A DNA stretch of 64,000 bases from a virus (lineage: Duplodnaviria; Heunggongvirae; Uroviricota; Caudoviricetes), in the IMG/VR virus record IMGVR_UViG_3300028840_006985. One strand, given 5' to 3'. Shown piece by piece: positions 1-7,311 of this stretch. Every line of letters starts with the position of its first letter. Position 1 is the first letter of the stretch. The position numbers and the translations under genes are program-made. The notes below the pieces were generated by a model. It was not told the DNA's origin. It ran no database searches and was given only the letters and a program-made list of their open reading frames with translations.

Positions 1-7
1 TATTATC

Positions 8-140
8 AAACAGAAACAGAAACAGAAACAGAAACAGAAACAGAAACAGAAACAGAAACAGAAACAGAAACAGAAACAGAAACAGAAACAGAAACAGAAA
101 CAGAAACAGAAACAGAAACAGAAACAGAAACAGAAACAGA
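8..140. repeat. (GAAACA)n hexanucleotide tandem repeat, about 22 units
   Basis: Perfect gaaaca iteration from the window start to about nt 140. In frame 1 it reads (Glu-Thr)n, and no stop codon separates it from ORF 202..606. Confidence 0.95.
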
Positions 141-201
141 CGATAGTGTTGTTTTTGATGTATATACTAAAGATAAAGAGTTAATTTGTGCAAATTACAA
201 C

Positions 202-606
202 GTGGAGGAAGAAAGAATGGATAAATTAAAATTGGAACATATTTTTGTAGATGTAAAAAATGCTGCTCAGCAAGGTGTAAAAGACGCTGCAATTGCAGAG
301 ACAGTTGATGTGTTAGTTAACATAGTTGATAAATATACAAATGGGAAGCTTGCTTTTTTAGAAAAAATACCATTATTAGGTGATGTACGTGGAATGACAT
401 TATCTGCATTGGTTTATAGTTTAACTGTAATTTTTAATACTAAAATACCTCATGCAGATACGATTGGTCAAATATCTAAAATAGCAATGAGAACTCAGTT
501 CTACGAATTTGCTAAACCACATTTTACTAAAATTTCTGAAATGTTTATAGAAATTTTTACAGTCTTAGCGGAACGTGGTCTTTTGCCGAAAGATGAAGGC
601 AAATAG
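202..606 (+). CDS. hypothetical protein; reading frame is open from nt 1, so the gene may begin upstream of the window
   Basis: ORF track. Frame 1 has no stop between nt 1 and 606. An internal ATG at 217 and the GTG at 202 are both possible starts. Confidence 0.5.
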   Translation: MEEERMDKLKLEHIFVDVKNAAQQGVKDAAIAETVDVLVNIVDKYTNGKLAFLEKIPLLGDVRGMTLSALVYSLTVIFNTKIPHADTIGQISKIAMRTQFYEFAKPHFTKISEMFIEIFTVLAERGLLPKDEGK

Positions 607-630
607 AATTAAATAAAGATTATTAGCAAA

Positions 631-1248
631 ATGGAACAACAAAAAATTGTATTAACTGTAGATCATTTAAAACGCATGAACGTTCCGAAAAGATTTTGGA
701 ATGTTTCATTTGATAAAATTTTACCTGAAGAATCAGATCATCGAAAAGTCATTAAAAAGTATTTAATAACAATAGATGAGCGATTTAACAGAGGATGTGG
801 GTTGCTATTAACTGGTAATAATGGTACAGGTAAAACCAGCTGCGCTGTAGTAGTTGGCAAGGAGGCCAGAAGAAAAGGTTATTTAGTATTATTTATCAGA
901 TCAACAGCATTGCGAGATGGGATTATTAATAATAAAGTTTTTGATGATGGAAATACCTTTCTTGAACGTGCTAGGAATGTTGATTTATTAATTATAGATG
1001 ATTTAGGTAAAGAATACTCGAAAGAGTACGGATCATATAATAGTAGTATATATGAAGATCTCCTCAGGGTCAGGGTGGATGAAGTTAAACCTACTATTAT
1101 TACAAGTAATTTAGATGTGGAACAGATGAATAAAGAATATAAAATATCAATGATGAAGCTTTTAAAGAGTTATTTTTTACCCTTATTAGTAAAAGGTTAT
1201 GATTATTTGTCACAAATAGATATGGCTGATTTTTTAAAATGGAAATAA
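631..1248 (+). CDS. DnaC/IstB-like AAA+ ATPase (putative helicase loader)
   Basis: Walker A LLLTGNNGTGKTS and Walker B DLLIIDDLGKE with the spacing typical of DnaC/IstB. Lies upstream of a DnaB-like helicase. Confidence 0.55.
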   Translation: MEQQKIVLTVDHLKRMNVPKRFWNVSFDKILPEESDHRKVIKKYLITIDERFNRGCGLLLTGNNGTGKTSCAVVVGKEARRKGYLVLFIRSTALRDGIINNKVFDDGNTFLERARNVDLLIIDDLGKEYSKEYGSYNSSIYEDLLRVRVDEVKPTIITSNLDVEQMNKEYKISMMKLLKSYFLPLLVKGYDYLSQIDMADFLKWK

Positions 1249-1251
1249 AAA

Positions 1252-2034
1252 ATGATAAAAGGATATAAGTTTTTCTTAAAGGATTATAAGTCAAAGTACG
1301 GCGATTTTCAGTTTAAGGTGGGAGAGAGATATAAGCATGATGGTTTAGTAATTTTATGTAATTCGGGCTTTCATTTTTCAAGAGATTTAGAAGATGCATT
1401 TCAATATTATAAAGAGGAGGCACATCATTGTTGCAAGGTAGAAGGGGGTGGAGAGATAGGAGAAGGTGATGACAAAGTTGTCTGTTCAGAGATACATATC
1501 AAAGAGGAATTAGACATTGCTGAAGTATTAAAAAAATTAAGTGAAGATAATGTTGAAGTATTAGAAAAATTAGGCGAAGACAATAGTTATAATATTAGAA
1601 GGACGATAGCAAGAAATCCTAATTGTCCGGTGGAAACATTAGAAAAATTAAGTGAAGATAATTATAGTGATGTCAGGTGGGGAGTAGCAAAGAACCCTAA
1701 TTGTCCAGTTAAAATATTAGACAAGTTATGCAAAGATAACAATTGGAATGTCAGGAGGATGGTAGCAGGAAATCCCAACTGTTCAACAGAGACTCTAGAA
1801 AAGTTGAGCAAGGATGGCAGTTGGAGTATTAGATGGGCAGTAGTAAACAATCCTAATTGTTTGATAGAGACATTGAAAGAATTAAGTAAAGATAATTATT
1901 GGAATGTCAGGGCGGCAGTAGCAGAAAGTCCCAACTGTCCAATAGAGATACTAAAAGAACTAAGTAAAGATGATGATTGGGAGGTTAGGGAGGCGGTAGC
2001 AAGCAATCCTAATTATGAAACAAAGAAATATTAA
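1252..2034 (+). CDS. LRV/HEAT-like repeat protein (about 23-aa repeats L..LS.D..W.VR..VA.NPNCP.E.L) with a conserved N-terminal domain; paralog of 15800..16459
   Basis: At least seven tandem repeats with the motif VRxxVAxNPNCPxExLxxLSxD. The N-terminal 85 aa (GYKF..DY.S.YG.FQFKVGERYKHDG...GFHFS...EAHHCCKV) is shared with ORF 15800. Confidence 0.7.
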   Translation: MIKGYKFFLKDYKSKYGDFQFKVGERYKHDGLVILCNSGFHFSRDLEDAFQYYKEEAHHCCKVEGGGEIGEGDDKVVCSEIHIKEELDIAEVLKKLSEDNVEVLEKLGEDNSYNIRRTIARNPNCPVETLEKLSEDNYSDVRWGVAKNPNCPVKILDKLCKDNNWNVRRMVAGNPNCSTETLEKLSKDGSWSIRWAVVNNPNCLIETLKELSKDNYWNVRAAVAESPNCPIEILKELSKDDDWEVREAVASNPNYETKKY

Positions 2035-2064
2035 TTAAACACATTAAAAGAGGAAAATAAAAAA

Positions 2065-2673
2065 ATGAGAGATGCAACTGAAATAATAATGGTTTTAGAC
2101 AAGTCAGGCTCCATGGAATCTATAAAAAGTGATACTATAGGAGGGTTTAATCATTTTTTAAAAGACCAACAAAAAGAGCCTGGCGAGGCCAACCTTACTT
2201 TAGTATTTTTTGATACAACATATACGATTTATCCAGCAAAACCAATTAAAACTATTAAACCATTAAATCATAAAACATTTGTTCCGGGTGGATGTACAGC
2301 ATTGTTAGATGCGATAGGACGTGCTGTTATAGAAACAGGTAAACGATTAGCTGATATGCAAGAAGTAGATCGACCTGACAAAGTAATTATGGTGATTATG
2401 ACAGATGGTTTAGAGAATGCAAGTCTTGAACATAATCATCAACAAGTAAAAGATATGATTAAACACCAAGAGGAAAAATATTCTTGGAAGTTTATCTTTT
2501 TAGGTGCGGGCCCAGATGCTTTTGCAGAGGGGACGAGTCTTGGACTTGACTCTGTATTTTATACTGCTTCTTCTATAGGTACGCGGTCAGCTTATCAAGG
2601 CACTACACAGACGGTTGCTGAGTTTCGAAAAACTGGAGCCATAAAGAGGGATTGGAAAAAAGGTATTAAATAA
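2065..2673 (+). CDS. von Willebrand factor A (vWA) domain protein
   Basis: MIDAS-type motif IIMVLDKSGSMES (DxSxS) at the N-terminus, followed by an alpha/beta-like alternation. Confidence 0.55.
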   Translation: MRDATEIIMVLDKSGSMESIKSDTIGGFNHFLKDQQKEPGEANLTLVFFDTTYTIYPAKPIKTIKPLNHKTFVPGGCTALLDAIGRAVIETGKRLADMQEVDRPDKVIMVIMTDGLENASLEHNHQQVKDMIKHQEEKYSWKFIFLGAGPDAFAEGTSLGLDSVFYTASSIGTRSAYQGTTQTVAEFRKTGAIKRDWKKGIK

Positions 2674-3029
2674 TGAGTAATTATCGTGGAATGAAGTTTG
2701 TATATATCTCAGGTCCGTATCGTGCTAATAAAAAAATAGGTGTTAGTGAGAACATACATAATGCACGGAAAGTAGGATATAAAGTAGCTGATTTAGGAGC
2801 TTTTCCTATTGTACCACATAATATGGCGCTTGGATTTGAGGATGATATACATGATGATTTTTGGCTGGATGGATTGCTTGATTTAGTAATTAAATGTGAT
2901 GCGGTTGTGATGGTGGAAGGTTGGCAACAATCCGATGGCTCCATAAAAGAGATGGAGGTAGCGTTAAGAAATAAGATTCCAGTTTTTGATGATCTTTTTA
3001 AACTTCGTGAATGGTTAGCAAAGAGTTAA
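2673..3029 (+). CDS. nucleoside 2-deoxyribosyltransferase-like (DUF4406-like) protein
   Basis: Small protein with VYISGPYR...E...WLDG..D.V...D.VV....W..S.G...E, resembling the phage DUF4406/NDT-fold family. Confidence 0.4.
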   Translation: MSNYRGMKFVYISGPYRANKKIGVSENIHNARKVGYKVADLGAFPIVPHNMALGFEDDIHDDFWLDGLLDLVIKCDAVVMVEGWQQSDGSIKEMEVALRNKIPVFDDLFKLREWLAKS

Positions 3030-3052
3030 AGTTAATTATTTAAATTATTAAA

Positions 3053-4360
3053 ATGGGAGGGAATATTTTCTTTTCCATTTTTTATAATGGAGGCAAATTG
3101 TCAGATCCTAAAATCGACATAAATTTGGCTAATAAAATTGTCGAAGTAGGACAAGAAGGAATTATTGATTTTTTAAATAGTGGTATATCTCCGGAAATGT
3201 TAAAAGGAGATGGTAAAAAAATTTTATTATTTATTTTAGATTTTTGGAAAAAGTATAACTCATTGCCTTCTTTTGAATTAATTAGCGACAATACGGGACA
3301 TAAGATAGAAATTGTTAATGAACCAGTTAAATATTGGCTTGACGAGATTAAAAAACGCGTTCTGTTTGAAGTATTAAAGGACGGGTTAGAGCCTGTTTTA
3401 AAGCATATGAATGATTATAAACCAGATCAGGCTTTTGAAAGCATTATGACATTAGGGCGAGAAATGTGGAATTGTTTACCAAACATTTCCAATATAGAGT
3501 CGATTTTTTCTATTGGTCCACGATTAAAAGAGTATTATTTCAGGATAAAAGAGGGTAAGCTTGGTGTTCCTTCTCCATGGCCAACATTAACATTGGCAAG
3601 TCTTGGGTGGTGGCCAGGCGATTTAATAGCATGTGTAGGTAGGCCGGCTACAGGCAAGACGTGGTGTATGTTATTATTATCACATGCGGCATGGGTTAAA
3701 GGATATAAGGTATTATTTGTTTGTACAGAAATGTCAAGGCTAAAAGTGGCGCAACGTTTTTTTGCAATACATTTAAAATATCCTGCTGACAATCTTCGAA
3801 AAGCAAAATTAGGATATTTTGAAGAACAAGCTTTTTTTGATAGTATTGATGAGTTGTTAGAAACGAAAGGGTTTTATGTAGTCGGTGATGATTATGAAGT
3901 TAATTTAGAAGTTGTTGAGGGAGCTATTTATAAAGTTAGTCCTGATTTTGTGGTTATAGATGGATTATATTTGGTAAAGATTCCTGGCTATTCTGATAGG
4001 ACTCAAAGAATGGCAATGGCGGTAAATGAGATAAAAAATTTAATAAAACGGTACGGGGTGGCTTGTGCTATTTCTTCACAATTTAATCGACAGGTTAAAG
4101 CTAACGATCCTAAGACGGCAGATCTTGAAAATATAGGTTTAAGTGATAATATAGGATGGGCCGCGGATGTAGCCATTGGGCTTATTAGAACAACAGACAT
4201 GAAACAAGACAAAAAGATGTTAATAAAATTGTTAAAATTACGAGAGGGCGAACCTAAGGATTTAGTGGTTAATTGGAGTTTTGATACAATGGATTTCAGT
4301 GAAATTATTGATCCAGGGGAAAATAATACAATCATTGATGAAGGAGAATCTCCTTTTTAA
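3053..4360 (+). CDS. dnaB: DnaB-like replicative DNA helicase
   Basis: RecA-fold helicase core GDLIACVGRPATGKTWCML (Walker A), as in DnaB GDLIIVAARPSMGKT. Walker B-like VVIDGLYLV and an SSQFNR motif follow. Confidence 0.8.
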   Translation: MGGNIFFSIFYNGGKLSDPKIDINLANKIVEVGQEGIIDFLNSGISPEMLKGDGKKILLFILDFWKKYNSLPSFELISDNTGHKIEIVNEPVKYWLDEIKKRVLFEVLKDGLEPVLKHMNDYKPDQAFESIMTLGREMWNCLPNISNIESIFSIGPRLKEYYFRIKEGKLGVPSPWPTLTLASLGWWPGDLIACVGRPATGKTWCMLLLSHAAWVKGYKVLFVCTEMSRLKVAQRFFAIHLKYPADNLRKAKLGYFEEQAFFDSIDELLETKGFYVVGDDYEVNLEVVEGAIYKVSPDFVVIDGLYLVKIPGYSDRTQRMAMAVNEIKNLIKRYGVACAISSQFNRQVKANDPKTADLENIGLSDNIGWAADVAIGLIRTTDMKQDKKMLIKLLKLREGEPKDLVVNWSFDTMDFSEIIDPGENNTIIDEGESPF

Positions 4361-4371
4361 TTGGAGGAACA

Positions 4372-5007
4372 ATGAACTTGCAAGAAAGAATTGATTTTAT
4401 TAAATTTGTTTTTGAAGAAAAATTAATACCGATTTTGGAACAAAAAGGAAGTGATTATGGTAAGAAGAATAATATTAATTCCAGTTTTATTGAAGTAGCT
4501 AAAGATATTAATCGTAAGGATATAGACAAATACGATGTTTGGCAAGTATTCTTTAATAAGCATCTAATAGCGATTAGAACATGGTTGGAAGATCGAAGTG
4601 TACAGTCTGAGCCGATTGATGCAAGGATTGGAGATGCTATAAATTATTTATTCATTTTATGGTCAATGCTTAAGGATGATAATCTTTTAGAACAGAAACA
4701 GAAGCCAGAGATTGAGCAACACTTTGATGTGCATATAGGCAATGGGGATGGTAGTAATATTTTTTGCTGTAATCTTCCATGGGGAAATATTGTAGAAAGT
4801 ACCTTAATATTTGTAACTAAAAATCAAAATATGGATAATATGATTGTTTTTGATAATGGAAAAGGTGATTTATTAGGAGATATTGACTATAATTATCGCA
4901 ATGCATGTCGTATTGATTATAAAACGGGTGCTTTAAGGGTTTATTTTAAAGATTTTCTTGCTGATGGCAGAGAAATTATTATGAAAGTATGTTCTGTTAG
5001 GAAATGA
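4372..5007 (+). CDS. hypothetical protein (possible MazG-like all-alpha NTP pyrophosphohydrolase)
   Basis: Weak resemblance of ...DARIGDAINYLFILWSML to the MazG EExxE/D helix pattern. Speculative. Confidence 0.2.
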   Translation: MNLQERIDFIKFVFEEKLIPILEQKGSDYGKKNNINSSFIEVAKDINRKDIDKYDVWQVFFNKHLIAIRTWLEDRSVQSEPIDARIGDAINYLFILWSMLKDDNLLEQKQKPEIEQHFDVHIGNGDGSNIFCCNLPWGNIVESTLIFVTKNQNMDNMIVFDNGKGDLLGDIDYNYRNACRIDYKTGALRVYFKDFLADGREIIMKVCSVRK

Positions 5008-6002
5008 TTGAACATAAAATAATTAGTTTATTAACCTTAAAGGGATGTAGAAGAATTCGTGTCAGAGGGGGGCGCGTGACGGCTACTTGTCCTAACGAGC
5101 ATGTTCATACTAAAGGAATAGATAAACATCCTTCATTCAGTGCATTTATAAGCAATGGTCCGAGTTATTGTCAATGTTTTTCATGTGGTTTTGATGGAGT
5201 GTTGGAAAAGTTAGCTCACGAATGGGGATATGAAGGGTTTGATCGAGAAGAATATATATTAGAGCATAAAGAAAAAAAGAAAAAGTTTAAATTAAGAGGC
5301 GATCTGAATGCTAATTTAAAAATTTGGGGTAGAGATGAAAGTGAAGAATATTATAAATTTTTACCTGAAACAGCAATAGAGTCATTTATGGGGTGTTGTC
5401 CTCGATATATTTTAAATCGAGGCATATCATTAAGTACAGCGCAGAGGTGGAGTATAGGTTATGATAAAAAGAATTTAAGAGTAATATTTGTTGTGAGAGA
5501 TTTATCAAATAGATTATGTGGTGTAAGCGGAAGAAGTATTATTAATCAAAATCCTAAAATGTTACATTATTCTTGGGATATTAAAAATAGCAAATTGGAA
5601 CCTTTTATTGATTATAGTAGAGAAGATGACTTTCGAAGATTTAAAAAGAGTGATTTTTTATTTGGCGAACATCTTGTTACTAAGGCTCGTAGGGATCTTG
5701 TAATAGTGGAAGGTCATGTAGATGCAATCAAGATTGAACAGGCAGGATTTAACGTAGTGGCATTAATGGGCACTCAATTTAATGAAAAACAGATAAAAAA
5801 AATTATTGACCTTATTTCTACTGGACAATTTGTTATTTTAATGTTAGATGGAGATAGGGCAGGGAGAGAGGCTACTAAAAAATTAGAAAAGGAATTAGAT
5901 GGAGTATTAACTAAAAAAGTAAAATTACCTGACAATACAGATCCTGGGGATTTCAACGATCTGGATTTGAGTAATTTTATTACCAAGGCAACTATTTTTT
6001 AG
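5004..6002 (+). CDS. dnaG: DnaG-like DNA primase (zinc-binding domain plus TOPRIM)
   Basis: Zn motif CPNEHVH...HPSF....CQCFSCGFDG. TOPRIM motifs VIVEGHVDAIKIEQAG and LMLDGDRAGREA. Confidence 0.85.
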   Translation: MIEHKIISLLTLKGCRRIRVRGGRVTATCPNEHVHTKGIDKHPSFSAFISNGPSYCQCFSCGFDGVLEKLAHEWGYEGFDREEYILEHKEKKKKFKLRGDLNANLKIWGRDESEEYYKFLPETAIESFMGCCPRYILNRGISLSTAQRWSIGYDKKNLRVIFVVRDLSNRLCGVSGRSIINQNPKMLHYSWDIKNSKLEPFIDYSREDDFRRFKKSDFLFGEHLVTKARRDLVIVEGHVDAIKIEQAGFNVVALMGTQFNEKQIKKIIDLISTGQFVILMLDGDRAGREATKKLEKELDGVLTKKVKLPDNTDPGDFNDLDLSNFITKATIF

Positions 6003-6042
6003 AAAAACATTTTAAAAAGCAAAAAAGCAAAGGAAGAAAAAA

Positions 6043-6729
6043 ATGAGTTGGTTTAGTGAAGGTTATAAAGATTATAAAGAAAATAAAAAAATAGAAGAGC
6101 AAGAAAGAATAAAAGCACCTTTTAGATTTTTTTTATCACCTGGCGAGAAGAGAGATATTATTTTTGTAGATGATAGAGGGTTTCAGTTTTGGGAACATGT
6201 TGTATATAGGGAACCGGGAAATTTTAGAGGTCCTCGTGATTACTATACATGTTGTGAGAGAGTTTATCCGAAAGGGTGTCCTTTATGTGCGGCAGCGAAC
6301 AAGCGTTCTTATATGACAATGTATACTATTTTGGATACAATGGAGTGGGAGGATAAGAACGGCATTATCCGTAAGAATTCAAGAAAGTTGCTTCCTTTAA
6401 AAGGCGAGGCGTCAGACATTATGGAAAGTGTATCTGAAAATTTGAAACTTTCTGGGGGGAAAGGTTTGATAGGATATCGATGTACTTTTAAACGTGGCGA
6501 CGAACGAAGTATATCGACGGGTATCCATATTACTGGAAAAAATTATGTAGATTTAAATGATGACGAGTTTTTGTTTGTAACGCAAGATAAAAAGAAACAT
6601 CGGCCGCAACCGTTTAAGTATGAAGAAATTTTTAAACCTTTACCAAGAGAAAAATTAATACAGATTTTGACAACTCGGAGTGAATTAGATTCGGTTGAGT
6701 ATGGAAATAGCGATGATATTCCATTCTAA
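6043..6729 (+). CDS. hypothetical protein with a Cys4 zinc-ribbon-like motif
   Basis: CCERVYPKGCPLCAAANKRS. No recognisable family. Confidence 0.4.
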   Translation: MSWFSEGYKDYKENKKIEEQERIKAPFRFFLSPGEKRDIIFVDDRGFQFWEHVVYREPGNFRGPRDYYTCCERVYPKGCPLCAAANKRSYMTMYTILDTMEWEDKNGIIRKNSRKLLPLKGEASDIMESVSENLKLSGGKGLIGYRCTFKRGDERSISTGIHITGKNYVDLNDDEFLFVTQDKKKHRPQPFKYEEIFKPLPREKLIQILTTRSELDSVEYGNSDDIPF

Positions 6730-6756
6730 TTAGTTTAAAAAAAATAGGAGCGAATA

Positions 6757-7149
6757 ATGATCGGTTATGAGTATAATGTTATTGGTTGGTGTAAAAATAG
6801 AACGGTTTTAGGTTGTGAATGGCGTCTGATAGAATTGCTGTCAAAAATTTGTAATTCCATTGGCATGAGACAGTTATCAAGCGGTTCTGTTACGGTAGAA
6901 TGTGATTTGAATAAGCTAGATCGTGAACAATTTCAAGATGAAGGTGGTGTAACTGCTTATTTGATACTGAGTACGTCCCATATTGCAATACATGGTTGGC
7001 CGTATCGTGACATGAAGCGTGATGACGGGGGATATTTTTGGTTGAATGTATGTTCATGTCGATCATTTAACAACTCTGTTATAGATAGTACGTTAAAATC
7101 TGCATTAAATACAACTAATGTAGATACTCACATGTGGAGATATGGATAG
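6757..7149 (+). CDS. S-adenosylmethionine decarboxylase-like pyruvoyl-dependent enzyme (SpeH/AdoMetDC family)
   Basis: GGVTAYLILSTSHIAIHGWPYRD...FWLNVCSC matches the SpeH core [20 protein letters not shown]...IDLFTCG. Size about 130 aa, as for class 1b proenzymes. Confidence 0.55.
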   Translation: MIGYEYNVIGWCKNRTVLGCEWRLIELLSKICNSIGMRQLSSGSVTVECDLNKLDREQFQDEGGVTAYLILSTSHIAIHGWPYRDMKRDDGGYFWLNVCSCRSFNNSVIDSTLKSALNTTNVDTHMWRYG

Positions 7150-7187
7150 TTAAAATTTGCACTAAATACAATTAATGTAGATATTCC
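7081..7187. repeat. imperfect tandem duplication (about 50 bp x 2) spanning the stop codon of ORF 6757..7149
   Basis: gttaaaatctgcattaaatacaactaatgtagatact (7092-7138) and gttaaaatttgcactaaatacaattaatgtagatatt (7149-7186), each preceded by at(a/g)gatagt. Confidence 0.8.
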
Positions 7188-7236
7188 CTCCATTTTTAAT
7201 ACATCTTTAGATATTTAAAATTTTAATCAAATCAAT

Positions 7237-7265
7237 TTGACACATCTGTCAGATGTGTTACACTA
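7237..7265 (+). promoter_or_regulatory. sigma70-like promoter (TTGACA, -10 TACACT) with a 19-bp perfect palindrome ACACATCTGtCAGATGTGT between the elements
   Basis: TTGACA at 7237-7242. Palindrome 7240-7258. Lies upstream of the SNF2 gene. Same architecture as the promoters at 12758, 32463 and 52162. Confidence 0.55.
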
Positions 7266-7311
7266 ATATATAGATGATGATTTATTAACCCCTAACCAAG
7301 GAGAAGAAGAA

